NCBI GenBank assembly: GCA_024679065.1
Contig: JAGIQG010000004.1
Coordinates: forward strand, 54,312,001 to 54,376,000
Source of the DNA: Sphyrna mokarran
Lineage: Eukaryota
Direction: 5' to 3'
Length of the DNA stretch: 64,000 bases
In this document: positions 38,101-52,059 of the stretch, in pieces
Numbering within the stretch: the first letter of the stretch is position 1
Layout of the letters: every line of letters starts with the position of its first letter
Position numbers and translations under genes: made by a program
The notes under the pieces: generated by a model
Database searches by the model: none
Seen by the model: only the letters and a program-made list of their open reading frames with translations
Told to the model about the DNA's origin: nothing

Positions 38101-38961
38101 CTTTAAGGTCGCGATGTAGTCTCGTTTTAACTTTCTGGGCTCTAAGGAGAACGACTGTATTTTCTCCGGTCTCTCTACTTAATCTCTGTCCCCAACATTG
38201 GCAAATCTTCAACAAATCTGCACCCTCTCTAAATACCCGACATCTTTCAGACTTGAACAGAGTTGCCCAACTCAGGCTGAATTGATGTTTTATCAAAATG
38301 TGGCGTAGCTTTTTTATTGCATTCTTCTTTCTGTTAAAGAAGTCCAGTATTCTCTATGTTCTCAACAGCTTCCACATTTTTTCCAAAACTTTCAAATATC
38401 GCATATTCACCCCGAGATCTTTATTTTCATTGAAATCTCCTTTCTCTCTGCAATCAGTAAAATGTGACTATCTCAGTTTTTTCTTACAGTTCTACTTTTA
38501 CAGAGGGTAGCAAAGATGGCAGAACTTTAATAACTATCAATGTAAATGAGCTGATATCTGAGCCAACTAGATGCAGGTTAGCCCTACAGTGACTTCTGTT
38601 ATTTGATAACAGTGAATGCAAATTCAATCTTGCCGTGAGACATATGATAGCGAAGTAGAATAGATAGTATTTCTATTTACTCCGGTCAGTTCTAAAGGAG
38701 GGAACTTGCGGTAGCAGCTTGATTAGTAAAGAATAATTGTCCGCCTCAACTGTCCTCCCTTACTGAATCCAATATTTGCCCAACGCTTCACTCCTATAGA
38801 GGAACCTGTTATCCCGCGGGGATTCACAAGGAACAACTAAAATTAAAAAAAGAATTATGATGGCCAATATTGGAACAGCTCCAGAACGCCAAGTTCAAGA
38901 ATGTCATAATTGTTTGTTATCTTTCTCGTGACCGCTCCTGAACTTTTAAAAGGGAAGAAAG

Positions 38962-39285
38962 CGGCGGCACGGTGACAGAGTGCCTCTATAACTAACCCAC
39001 TACGGCCTCACAGCGCCAGGGACCGGGTTCGATTTCAGCCTTGGGTGACTGTGTGAAGTTTGCACATTCTCCTGGTGCCTGCGCGGGTTTCCTCCAGGTG
39101 CTCCAGTTTCCTCTCACAGTTCAAAGTTTAGACGGACTGGCCCTTCGTGCCCCAAGTATGTAACTTAGGGTTATTGTGTGGGGTTACAGAGATGGGAAGG
39201 GAGGATGTTTGGTAAACTGCTCTGACGGAAATTCGGTGCCGATTTGATGGGCAGAATGGCCTTCTACCGGACTGCAGGGATTCTA
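38962..39285 (+). mobile_element. HE1/V-SINE-type SINE
   Basis: ggcggcacggtgacag head, ggttcgatt B box, core, gggattcta tail. Confidence 0.8.
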
Positions 39286-40329
39286 AAAATGCTGCATGAC
39301 GCATGACATTTTCCATTAGAAGCGCTTGCAGTGGTGAGTAAACCATAACAATATGTCACAGACCAATAATTTCTCATTAAACAGAAGATCTAGAATCATG
39401 AAAACAAAATTGATGAATGTTGGAAACATGAAATTAAATATCAAATATTCGAAATAGAATAAAGAGATCCCGGCTTCTGTGAAAAAAGTTTGGAGTCACG
39501 GAGAGACTGATATACTCCTGAAGATTGAATCAAATGTAATGTGAAATGACATTGTCCATGTAATCTGAAATGTCATTGGAACAAGACTGTCGCTTTTCAA
39601 CACTGTGAGAAGAGCAGTGAGTAGGAGAATCGAAGGAGGGAAGTAGTAAATGATAGGGGGTGAGAGGGAAGCAGCTAATAGGAAGGTCTGACCAGAGAAA
39701 CGGCAAGCGGGAAGTTTGGGAGGGGGAAGCGGCGGATAGGAGTTTCAGCAAATGGGAAGTTTAAGAGAGATGGTGAGCAGATGGGTCGGGAGAAGCGACA
39801 AATGATGAAAGTGGTGGTGAGCAGAAGCCTTGAGAAAGCAGCAAGCATGAGAAAAGTAATGGTGTCAGTAAGTTATGTGGAGTTAACAAGTTAGTTTGAG
39901 TATTTTTTTTGCCAGCTAGGTTTAAGGCAGCGCATAGAATCTTTCAATCAGCTCTATATAACAATACTGAGTCTATTAGAGAGAGATGGCATTTGGATTA
40001 AATTGATGATGGTAATCAAACGTGTCAATCTTAGCTTATTGGTAGTATTCCAATTCCTAACTTGGGTCACTGTCTGTGGAGTTTTCACGTTCTCCCTGTG
40101 TCTGCGTGTATTTCCTGCGGGTGCTCCCGTTTCCTGTCACAGTCCAGAGATATTCAGCTTAGGTGCATTGACCATGCTAAGTTTTTCCTCAGTATACCCA
40201 AATTGGCTCCCGAGTGTGCTGACAAGGGGATTTTCACAGTAATTTGATTGCAGTGTTAATGTAAGACTATAGTGACACTAATAAGTAAACTTTAACACTT
40301 TCTCCATGTGCTAAAGATGATGGGATCTA

Positions 40330-40550
40330 TTCCCACTCCAATAAGGTGAAAACAAATTCTAGCAGCACTGATGAAGAATTGCGTGACGGATTATCCTCTA
40401 TTTTGGAAGAGATGTTAGGATAAAATTCCCTCATTCTCCAGTGGTGAATGTGAATAATCCCAACAGGCAATTGGAATAAGAGCAGATGAGTTCTCCTCCT
40501 TTCCCCCAAAAATGCCACAGGAGATTGCTTTACAAGTCCATTCTGATTGA
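40330..40550 (-). pseudogene. IgV exon relic
   Basis: Phase-1 acceptor atattttag|, then NQNGLVKQSPVAFLGE; shifted frames give GGELICSYSN and IHIHHWR; 3' end lost next to a SINE. Confidence 0.35.
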
Positions 40551-40844
40551 CTAAAATATTGCCCTGAATTAAACAACTGGGGACTATAGGTACTGCATGC
40601 TTCCAGACAATTCAGAAAAATGCAGAGCATGTTCGTTTTGTTTGCAGAGAACTGGCCCCTGAGTTTGAACGGATATTATCAGTAACATGTGTAAAATAGT
40701 CATTTTTACCAACTTGACTAATTACTTTTATTGATTGTTAGTATATATAGCACAGCCATAATTGTTCAGCAAGAACTGCCAAGTCAAAATTCACATCTCA
40801 CAGTAGATGTCTCGTTTAGATTTTGCGAACATGGCTTGTAGACC

Positions 40845-41725
40845 ATAAAGACCACAGGATATAGGAGCAGAATTAGGCCATTCAGTCTGTCAAGTTTGCT
40901 CTATCATTTGATCATGGCGGATAACCTATGATCCCATTAACAATCAAGAATTTATCTTCTCTGTCTTAAATAAACTCAATGAACTGGCCTCCACAGCTTT
41001 CTGTGGCAATTAATTCCACAGATTCACCGTCCTCTGACTGAAGACATTCCTCCTCATCTTTGTACTAAAAGATTCTCCCTTTATTCTGAGGCCGTGTCTT
41101 TGGGTCCTAGTCTTTTTTAACTAATGGAAATATCTTCTCTACATCCATCCTATCCAGGCCTTTCATTATTCTATACGTTTCAATGAAGTTCCCCTTCATC
41201 CTTCTAAACTTCATTGAGTACAGACCAGAGTGCTTAAATGCTCCTCATTCATCAAGCCTTTCATTCCTGGGATCAACCTCATGAACTTCCTCTGGACCAT
41301 CTCCTAGGTCAACATATCCTTTCTTAGATACCAGACCCAAAATTGCTCACAATATTTCCAATGTGGCCTGACCAGAGTCTTATAAAGCCTAGAAGTGCAT
41401 CCCTGCTTTTGTATTCCAGTCCTCTTGAAACATTACATTTGCCTTCCTAATTATTAACTCAACCTACAAGTTAACCTTATGGGAATCCTAAATTAGGATT
41501 CCCAAGACCCCTTGCGCTTCTGATTTTCTGAGTGCTCTCCCCTTTTAGAAAATAGTCAATGCCGCTATTCTTTCTACCAAGGCGCATAATCTCATACTTT
41601 CCTACGTTGCATTCCGTTTGCCATTTGTTTGTCTACTCTCCTATCCTGAGCAAGTCTCTCTGTCTTCTCAATACTACGTATGTCCCCATCTAAATTTATA
41701 TCATCTGCAAATGTTGCCACAATGT
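40845..41725 (-). mobile_element. Degenerate CR1 3' fragment
   Basis: Reverse CR1 tail and decayed RT C-terminus, ending at tcatctgcaaa (FADD). Confidence 0.75.
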
Positions 41726-42461
41726 TATTGTGCATTATAGCTGAAAATAAAGCAAGCTGTACGCAAAGCTAGTTCTGGAATGTTCTCAGAAAGACAGCGA
41801 TATTTCTCTAAAATTAACTATATTTTAACATTCAAGCTGATTTCAAGATTTTTGGTTGGTATTTCAGTTTTCAGAATCAGCACGCTGGGGATTGCAAAAC
41901 ATATTTACAAATGTTTTGTTGAGAGATGCGAGGTTTCAAATTAACGTCTTAAATTATTCTTCATCTCAACTTTGAATGAGTAACACAGGCATTGTGCAAC
42001 TTGCAGGTCGTAAAACGGGAGCAGCGTCTAACCACAAGTGTTTCCGTTACACCATGAGCAGAATCGCTGTGCATTTCTTGCAATTTCCCATGATCTCTAG
42101 TGCACGTTGCGATATATAATTAGTTGACTGAAGATATGAGCTATAAGAAGAGGCATTTTATATAGACAAGTTGCAAGGGTTCTCACTCGAGCAACAGCAA
42201 TCGCGCATTACAAACTGAAATCTAAAATTGACGTCTTTGTAGTCATCAACAGAATTGAACATATTATAAATAGGAAGAACTTACAAAGGATAAGAAATAG
42301 GAATAAGAGTTAAAGTCACACATCAAGACCCCCTCACAGTCACTCACGTAGAACAAGTGGTATTTATAATGTACCTTCAACGTAGTAAATTATTACAAGA
42401 ACATTATCAAACACGTTTTAATACTGAGCAATGTTAGTGACTGTCAGGATTTAAAGGAATT

Positions 42462-43585
42462 AAGAAGTCTCACAATACCAGGTTAAAGTCGAACAAGTTT
42501 GTTTGACAGTAAATCCACAAACTTTCAGAAACGCTGTTCCTGCGTCAGGTGTGTGGAAAGTTCTGATCAGCGAAGGGCATATAAAGGCACATACAGGTTA
42601 CAGAATACTGATTAGAATCGAATTTCTATAACTCATCTGCTATTCAAGTCTTAAAGATGCAGGCAATGTAAATGGAGATAGCACTAGGCACAGATTGAAG
42701 AGACAATCTGTATTGTCTCCAGATTGGACAGTAAGTGAGATGTTGCAAGTTCAGGCAAATTATGGGGGTTGCAGGTCATGTGACATGAACTCAAGATCCT
42801 CGTGTGTGGAACTTGGCCATGCATTTCTGCTCAGTGACTCTGCACTGTTGTGTGTCATGAAGGCCGCGTTGGAAGATGCTTACCCGAAGATTGGAGGCCA
42901 AATGCCCATGACTGCTGAAGTGTCGCCAACAGGAAGGGAACCATCCTACCTGGTGATTGTCGAGCGATGTTCGTACATCCGTTGTTGTAGCGTCACCAGA
43001 CAACGTTGTCAACGATGAATAAACATCACTTGACAATGACCAGGCAAGACAGTTTACTTCTTGTTGGCGAACACTTCAGCAGTCATGGACATTCGGCCTC
43101 TGATCTTCAGGTAAGCGGTCTCCAAGGTGCCCTTCATGACGCACAATAGTGCAGAGTCGCTGAGCAGAGACTGATGGCCAAGCTCTGTACATATGAGGAC
43201 GGGCTCGACTCAGATCTTGGGTTCATGTCGCACTATCTGTAACTCCCATGACTTGCCTGGGCTTGCAAATCTCACTTACTGTCCTGTCTGGAGACAATAC
43301 ATATCTCTTTAACCTATGCCTAATGTTATCCCCACTCACATTGTCGGCATCTTTAATCTTGAATAGTAGGTTAGGTGTAAAGACTTGCATTCTAATAAAT
43401 ATTCTGTAATCTGTGTGTGCCTTCATGTATCCTTCTCTGATCAGAACTCTCCATACAGTTGATGAAGGAACAGCATTTCTGAAAGCTTGTGGATTTACAA
43501 TCAAATAAACTGGTTGGACTTTAACCTGGTGATGTGAGACTCCTTACTGTGTTTACCCCAGTCCAACGCCCACATCTCCACATCA
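42462..43585. mobile_element. Penelope-like retroelement, inverted (palindromic) pair of 3' fragments
   Basis: The minus arm (~42462-43010) encodes a GIY-YIG C-terminal-like HFSSHGHLASNLRVSIFQRGLHDTQQCRVTEQK; the plus arm (~43015-43585) is its mirror; gattt(t)aaagga is repeated at both flanks. Confidence 0.8.
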
Positions 43586-43666
43586 AGATTTTAAAGGAAG
43601 ACAGAGAGAAGCTTTGGGTATGGGATTCCAGAACTTAGCCCTTTTGCAGCTGGCATGACTGCCAAT

Positions 43667-46600
43667 TTTGATTTTGATTCGATTTATTATTGCAACATGT
43701 ATTAACATACAGTGAGAAGTATTGTTTCTTGAGCGCTATGCAGACAAAACATACCGTTCATAGAAAAGGAAAGGAAAGAGTGCAGAATGTATTGTTACAT
43801 TCATAGCTAGGGTGTAGAGAAAGATTAACTTAATGCAAGGTAAGTCCATTCATAAGTCTGAAAGCAACAGGGAAGAATCTGTTCTTGAGTCACATTGGTA
43901 TGTGACCTCAGACTTTTGTATTTTCTTCCCGTGGAAGAAATTGGAAAAGAAAATGTCCGGTTTGTGTGGGGTCCTTAATTATGCTGGTTGCTTTATCAAG
44001 GCAGCGGGAAGTGTAGACAGAGTCAATGGATGGGAGGCTAGTTTGCATAATAGTTTGGGCTGCATTTATGACTTTTTGTACTTCCTTGAATCTTGGGCAG
44101 AGCAGGAGCCAACCAAGATGTGATACAATCATAAAAAGAATGCTTTCTATGGTTCATCTGTAAAAGTTGGTGAGAGTTGTAGCTGATATGCCAAATTTCC
44201 TTAGTCTTCTGAGGAAGTCGAGGCGTTGATGGGCTTCCTTAACTATAGTGTCAGCATGGGAGGGGCGGGGGGAGTGGGGGGACCAGGACAGGTTGTTGGT
44301 GATCTGGACACAAAAACGTGAACGTCTTGACACTTTCTACTTCATTGCTGTTGATGTCTGTTAAGGTAGTATGGGCTGAGATTAGAAACAGGAGAGGAGA
44401 GGTCACCCTGTTGGGAGTCTTTTATAGACCTCCTAAAAGTTCTAGAGAGGTAGAGGAAAGGATTGCAAAGTCGATCCTGGACAGGAGTGAAAGTAATAGC
44501 GTAATTGTTATGGGGGACTTTAACTTTACTAATATTGATTGGAATAGCTATAGCTCTAGCTTGTTAGAGGGGTCAGTTTTCGTACAAAGTGTGCAGGAAG
44601 GTTTTTTGACTCAGTATGTAGATAGGCCAACTAGAGGTGAGGCTACATTGGATTTGGTGCTGGGCAATGAGCCAGACCAGGTGTTAGGCTTGGAAGTTAG
44701 TGAACATTTTGGTGATAGTGACCACATTCGGTTACGTTCACCTTAGTGATGGACAGGGATAGGCATGAAGCTGGGGGCAGTAGTTATAGCTGGGGAAGGG
44801 TAATTATGAGGCCATCAGGAGAGAATTAGGGTGCATAGATTGGACTAGGGAACTACAGGGACTGGGAACATCTGGAATGTGGTGCTTATTCAAGGAGCAG
44901 CTGATGCGAGTCCTTGATAAGTATGTCCCTGTCAGGCAGGGAGGAAATGGACGAGTAAGAGAGCCTTGGTGTACGAAAAGAGTTGATTTGCTGGTTAAGA
45001 AGAAAAAGGAGGCTTATGTTAGGATGAGGCTTGAAGGCTCAGGTAGTGCAATGGATAGCTATAGATTAGCTAGGAAGGAGGTAAAAAGTGAATTGAGGAG
45101 AGCTAAGAGGGGACACGAGAAGATGTTGGCTGATAGGATTAAGGAGAATCCTAAAGCTTTCTTTCGATATGTTAAGAATAGAAGATTGGTTAGGGCAAGA
45201 TTAGGGTCAGTCAGAGACAGCAGTGGGAAGTTGTGCGTGGAGCCTGAAGAGATTGGAGAGGCACTGAACAAATATTTCTCTTTGGTATTCACGCAGGGAG
45301 ATGTAAATGTAGTTGTGGAGAACACGGGGATACAGGGTTGCAAACTGGAAAGTATTGAAGTAGATAAGGAGGATGTGCTAGATATTCTTGAGGGTTTGAA
45401 GTTAGATAAGTCCCCTGGGTCGGATGGGATTTACCCTAGGATTCTCTGGGAGGCAAGAGAGGCGATTGCAGAGCCTCTGGCTCTGATCTTCAGGTCGTCG
45501 TTGGTTACGGGTACAGTGCCGGAAGACTGGAGGATAGCGAATGTGGTCCCATTGTTCAAGAAGGAGAATAGAGACTTTCCAGGGAATTATAGGCCAGTGA
45601 GTCTTACTTCTGTTGTGGGCAAAGTATTGGAGAGAATTATTAGGGATAGGATTTATAGTTATTTAGAGAGAAATGAATTGATTGGTGATAGTCAGCATGG
45701 TTTTGTGAAGGGTAGGTCGTACCTTACTAACCTCATTGAGTTTTTTGAAAAAGTGACCAAACAGGTGGATGGGGGTAAGGCAGTTGATGTGGTATATATG
45801 GACTTTAGTAAGGCGTTCGATAAGGTGGCCCATGGAAGGCTCCTGTAGAAAATGCAGATGTATTGGATTGAGAGTGATTTAGCTAATTGGATTAGGAATT
45901 GGCTAGCAGATAGAAGACAGAGGGTGGTGGTTGATGGAAGTTATTAATCGTGGAGTTCGGTTACAAGTGGTGTACCTTAGGAATCTGTTTTGGGGCCCCT
46001 GCTGTTTGTAATTTTTATAAATGATCTGGATGAGGGTATTGAAGGATGGATTAGTAAATTTGCAGATGACACTAAAGTCGGTGGAGTGGTAGATAGTGAA
46101 GAGGGGTGTTATAGTTTGCAGAGAGACTTGGACAAGTGGCAGAGCTGGGCCGAGAGGTGGCAAATGGAGTTTAATGCGGAAAAGTGTGAGGTAATTCACT
46201 TTGGCAGGAATAACAAATGTGTAGAGTATAGGGCTAATGGTAGACCTCTTAATAGTGTTGATGAACAGAGGGATCTTGGTGTATATGTGCATAGATCCCT
46301 GAAAGTTGGCAATCAAGTCGATAAGGTTGTTAAGAAGGCATACGGAGTCTTAGCTTTTATTGGTAGGGGGATTGAATTTTGGCGCCGCAACGTCATGTTG
46401 CAACTGTACAAAACTCTAGTGCGGCCGCACTTGGAGTATTGTGTACAGTTCTGGTCCCAGCATTATAAGAAAGATGTGGAGGCATTGGAGAGGGTACAGA
46501 GGAGGTTTACCAGGATGTTGCCTGGTATGGAGGGCAGGTCTTATGAAGAGAGGCTGAGGGATTTGAGGTTGTTTTCGTTAGAAAGGAGGCGGCTAAGAGG

Positions 46601-47025
46601 GGACCTATTCGAAACATATAAGATGATTAGAGGTTTAGATAGGGTGGACAGTGATAGCCTTTTTCCTAGGATGGAGAAAGCTAGCACGAGGGGACATAGC
46701 TTTAAATTAAGGGGTGGTAGTTAAAGGACGGATATCAGAGGTAGGTTCTTTACCCAGAGGGTGGTTAGGGTATGGAATGCCCTGCCTGCGGCAGTTGTAG
46801 ATGCACCAAGTTTGGTGGAGTTTAAGAGGTTAGTAGATAAGTTTATGGATGAAAAGGGAATTGTTTAGTTTGGAGGGTCATGGCTTTTTCCTAATTGGTC
46901 GGCGCAACATCGAAGGCCGAAGGGCCTGTTCTGCGCTGTAATGTTCTATGTTGTTCTAGACAGAGGCATGTTCTCTTTTACGTTTCTGAAGTCGATAACA
47001 ATCTCCTTTGTTTTGTTGGTACTTT
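43667..47025 (-). mobile_element. Rex1/Babar LINE fragment split by a CR1
   Basis: QTSLPSIDSVYTSRCLDKATSIIKDPT (43908-44132) and NKTKEIVIDFR (~46985-47017); TSD CTGCCAAT at 43659-43666 and 47026-47033. Confidence 0.75.
44362..46957 (+). mobile_element. CR1 LINE, 5'-truncated, ~2.6 kb, same subfamily as 25140-27579
   Basis: Endonuclease motifs YRPP, MGDFN and DSDH; RT motifs; several stops. Confidence 0.97.
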
Positions 47026-49409
47026 CTGCCAATGGCAGACTGATGAAAATTGGGCTACAACGAAGTAGACTCAAGCTCTTGGAGATTTTTGAAAGCTAGA
47101 ATGGGAATTTTGAACTAACCGTGCTGTAGGACCAGAAGGCAATGTTGATCAGCAAGTATGGAATGATGAATTAACAGGGTATGAGATGGGTTCTACACAT
47201 GTACACAAATTCATATAAACACGCAGAATACACATTTACATATAAGCACGTGCGTGTGCAGAGACGCAGTTACACATAGACATTCACACTCACTTATGAT
47301 TAGTTATTTTGTCGTCAAAAACTTTAGTATTGCTGATGATATAAGTTGAGATGTGATATTCTTTTGGATATGTAATGGTAAGTTAAAGACAAAAGATGTC
47401 AATAGCATATTTCTTTTTCAGCAATGCTCATGAATGGAAAGACTTATATTTCTGGAGCAACTTGCATGACTTCAGAATACCCCAAAACATTTTTCAGCCA
47501 ATGAAGAGTAGCCACTGTTATAATTTTTTAAAATTCATTTACAGCGTGTTTGCATCATTGGCCGGATCATCATATATTGTCCATTCCTAATTGTTCTTTA
47601 GAAGATGGTGGTGAGCTGTCTTCTTGAACTGCTACAGTCAGTGGTTTGTAAGTACTCCCACAGTGACGTTAGAAAGAGAATTCCATGATTTTGACCCAGC
47701 GATACAGGAACAGCGATATATTTTGAAATCAGAATGGTGTGTGACTAGGAATACGTACGCAAGCTCATATACACACAGGTATTCCAGTTGGCATTCACAC
47801 AAATATATAAGCATGTTCATATCTGCAAACATACAGCCATACGTAGGCATGCATGCACACACACAGGCAGAGAAGTTGCAAAACACTTAAATGGAAAATA
47901 ATGGATCAATTTTCTTCCTTGTTCAAACAGCATGTTTATATTTTCACATTCCTTTTGTTTTATGCATTTTTATCTACAATATTTTACTTGTTCAGGTTTC
48001 CACCGCACCACAGCGACATAGTTCACAAATGAAATTCTCTGTGCTATGACTACACACCATTGCAAACACTGCCTTTTATTACCTTGTAATATTATCTGTC
48101 GTCACCCCATCTCAATCCTCCGAGCTGGAACAGTTAATCATGCCGAATTGAATTCCATTGCAGAAATAAAATCTGAGGAGATATGAAATGGACTGTCCAC
48201 CCGATGTACCACTATACACAGTGACAATTACACCAATGTATTCTTGGCTAACTTCTTCCACCCTGCTGACTTCTAGTTCACATAAGCTTTAGCTCATTCA
48301 TAAGTCTGTTGCCAATATAATTTCTTGCACCTTTGTACAACCTTTATTCATATTCTGGCTGATCTACAATTGTTCTCCAAACCCTCGTGCTTCAAATGTA
48401 TAATTCTCATATTTAGTTAGATTCAGTCTTGACCGTGATCTTGCCCACCTCAGGAACTCGCCCAGCCAATCACCGCCCCGCCCTGCCCATTATTCATTCC
48501 CTGTCTGTGAAACGTAATGCATTACCTAAACTTTTACCTTCATTGCCTGGATCTTATTCTCTTTCTAAACTGTTTCCTGCACTTCTTCTGTTCCATTAAC
48601 ATTGTCTTTATTTTCCAGGGCATAGAATCCCTACAGCGCAAAAGACTATCTGGTCCATCAAGTCTGCACTGACTCTTCAACAAGCAATTTACCTAGGCCT
48701 GATCTCCATCATCCGATGTTTTTACTCCACTATTCTCACTTACCCAACCATCCTGGGACTCTGAAGGGCTATTTAACATGGCCAATCCACCTAACCTGTT
48801 GGAACCACATCTTTAATCAAAATTAGTAACAGAGGTTGATAGCATGAAAACAGGCCCTTTGGACCAACTTATCCATGCCATTCAGTTTTTACCATTAAGC
48901 TAGCCCCAATTGCCCACATTTGGCCCATATCTCTCCTACCTATCTTACCCATGTATCTGTCTAAATGCATTTTAAAAGACAAAATTATGTCTGCTTCTAC
49001 TATTACTTTTAATAACTCATCCTAGATGCTCACACGCTCTGAGTGAAAAGATTTCCCTCTGGATCCTTTTGTATCTCTCCCCTCTCACCTTAAACCTATG
49101 TCCGCTAGCTTTAGATTCCCCTACATTTTGGAAAATATATTGAATATCTATGTCCCTCATTATTTTATAGACATATATAAGATCATCCCTGAGCCCTCTG
49201 CGCTCTAGGATTCAAAAGTCTCAGTCTACCCAACCTCTTCTTATAACTCAAACCATGAACTCCCAGTAGCATCCACATAAATCTTTTCTGCACTCTTTCT
49301 AGTTTAATAATACCCTTTCGATAATAGGGAGATCAGAACTGTACTCAGTATTCCAAGTGTGGCCTTACTAATGCCTTGTACAACTTCAATGCGATGTCCC
49401 AATTCCTAT

Positions 49410-52030
49410 AAAGAACAAAGAACAACACAACACGAGAAAAAGGCCCTTCGGCCCAACGAGCCCGTGTCACCATTTAACATTGTGAGTGCCCTCCCCTACC
49501 TATGAACTTTGTCTATGCCTATTGGGGAAGATTGAGGGAAGACGAATTTAGGGACAATTTGTTACACCAATCAGTTTAACAGCATGTTTCTGGGGCGTGG
49601 GAGAAAACCCACGCAATCACGGGGAGAATGTGCAAACTGTCGCAGACACTGGCCCAAATACATGTATCTGCACAGCAAACGGTGATAGTCACTGAGCTGT
49701 CATATTGCCCGTCAGATGGTCCAGTTTAAGTGTACACCAACGACGTGAAGCACTAGGCAACTCTCGAAGCAACATTAAAGAGCAGCCCTCGCATGACCCA
49801 CCGCGTGTATGCCCCTTGTTGGACGACAAATCGGACCAAATCACCTGTGAAGTAAAAGAAAAGACATCAATAAACATGCACGACTTAGATAGACGTTTAC
49901 GGAATCTCCAGAAGATCAGAAGTAAGACAAGTGAGCCATGAAATATGTTGGAAGGTCCATAGGAATTAATTGATTCCCAGGGACTTCCCCAGGGTCTTGA
50001 TCTTTATTTAGAACAGAGTCTATACAGTCTCCTGTATCCCTCCATCTCTGTTCTGCTCATGTGTCTATCTAAGTAAGCCTTAAACAACTCTAGCATGCCT
50101 GCCTCCACTACCTTACTTGGTAGTGCATTCCAGGCCCCACCCGCCCAACCTCTGTGTGAAAAACCTCCCTCTAACATCTGAATTAGACCTCGTCCTCTCT
50201 AATCCTAAGCCGGTAGCCCCTCGTAATTTTTGTATCCAACCTAGGAAGAAGCTTACCACTATTCACTCTATATATACCCTTCATAATCTTATACACTTCT
50301 ATTAGATCTTCCCTCATCCTCCGCCTTTCTAAGGATAACAGCTCCAATTTACCCAATCTCTCCTCATAGCTCAGTCCTTCCATACCAGGCAGCATCCTGG
50401 TAAACCTCGTCTGCACTCTCTCCAGGGTCTCCACGCCCTTCTGGTAGTAAGGCAACCAGAACTGGATGCAGTACTCCAAATGCAGATGAACCAACGTTCT
50501 ATACAACTGCAACATAAGACGCCAGCTTTTATACTCTATACCGCTCCCTATAAAGGCAAGCATACCATAGGCCTTCTTTGCCACCTACTCCACCTGTACT
50601 GCCACCTTCAAGGACTTGTGCACTTGCACCCCCAGGTCCCTCTGCATTTCTATATTCTTAATAGGCCTACCATTTATTGTATAACACCCCACCCTACATT
50701 ATTTCTTCCAAAATGCATCACCTCGCATTTACCTGGATTAAATTTCATCTGCCATTTCTCGGCTCAATATACCAGCCTATCTATATCCTGCTGTATTGCC
50801 TGACACTGCTCCTCACTATTAGCAAGTCCATCTTCGTGTCATCTGCAAACTTGCTGATCACACCACTTACTCCCTGTTCCAAGTCATTTATGTATATTAC
50901 AAATAGCAAAGGTCCCAGTACTGAGCCATGGGGCACACCACTAATTACAGACCTCCAGCTAGAAAAGGACCCTTCCACTTCTACTCTCTGTCTCCTGTTA
51001 CCAAGCCAGTTCTCAATCCATCTAGACACTTTTCCTTGTATCCCATGAGCCTTAACTTTTTCAACTAACCTCCCATGAAGCACTTTGTCAAATGCCTCAC
51101 TCAAACCCAGTAGACGACATCCACGGCTCATCCTTGTCGATCGTTTTTGTCACCTCCTCAAAATATTCTACCAGATTCATAAGGCACGACCTCCCCTTTA
51201 CAAAACCATGCTACCTATCACTAATCAAATTGCCACACTCTAAATGTGTATACATCCTGTTCCTAAGAATCCTTTCCAACATCTTCTCTACTACTGACAT
51301 CAAACTCACTGGCCTATAATTACCCAGGTTATCCTTATTACCCTTTTTAAACAACGGTATCACTTTCGCTATCCTCCAGTCCTCTGAGACTTCATCTGTG
51401 TCCAACAAAGAGACAAATATTTGCATCAGAGGCCTTAAGCAGCCTAGGATAAATGCCATCAGGCCCCGGAGATTTATCAGTTTTAATACCACCTAAAAAC
51501 CCTAATGCTTCCTCCCTCGTAATAGATATTTCATCCAACGGGTCTACAACTCCCTTCAAGACAGTACCGGACAACAAGTCCCTCTCCTTCGCGAATACTA
51601 ATACAAAGAATTCATTCAGGATCTCTCCCATTCCCTCGGAGTCTAAGTATAGTTCCCCTCCTCTGTCCCTAAGAGGACCGACTTTTCCTCTAACCACCCT
51701 TTTGTTCCTAATATAGGAGTAAAATACCATTGGATTTTTCTTATTCCTGTTTGCCAAGACCAATTCATGCCCCCTTTTCGCTGTTTGAACTCCCCCCTAC
51801 TCTCCCTGTATTCCTCCAATGTTCTCTCCTTTCACAGTTGCTTAGACCTAACATACGACTCTCTTTTCTTCCTGACCCTCCTCAGTCTCTCTAGTTATCC
51901 GCAGCTCTCTGACCCTATCTTTCCCATCCTTCCTCTTAACTGGCATATGTCTTTCCTGCGACCTTTTTAGCTGTAACTTAAAAGACTCCCACATACCGAA
52001 CATGGACTTATCCTCAAATAACTCTCCCAA
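49410..52030 (-). mobile_element. CR1 (second subfamily) with SINE-containing 3' UTR, inserted into an older CR1
   Basis: ORF2 fragments at 50183-52030; 3' UTR 49410-49990 matches 35020-35540; host CR1 at 48830-49410 resumes at ~52060. Confidence 0.85.
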
Positions 52031-52059
52031 TCTGTATCTATATCAGTATCCTGTATTTA

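Noticed and set aside
38295-38450. Tyr-motif exon candidate (GEYAIF, SYATF) after a minus-strand acceptor
   Set aside because: Stops in all frames, and the motifs do not match the cassette family.
48083-48124. 42-nt minus-strand exon-like segment with AG/GT ends
   Set aside because: Stops in all three frames; cannot be tied to a gene.
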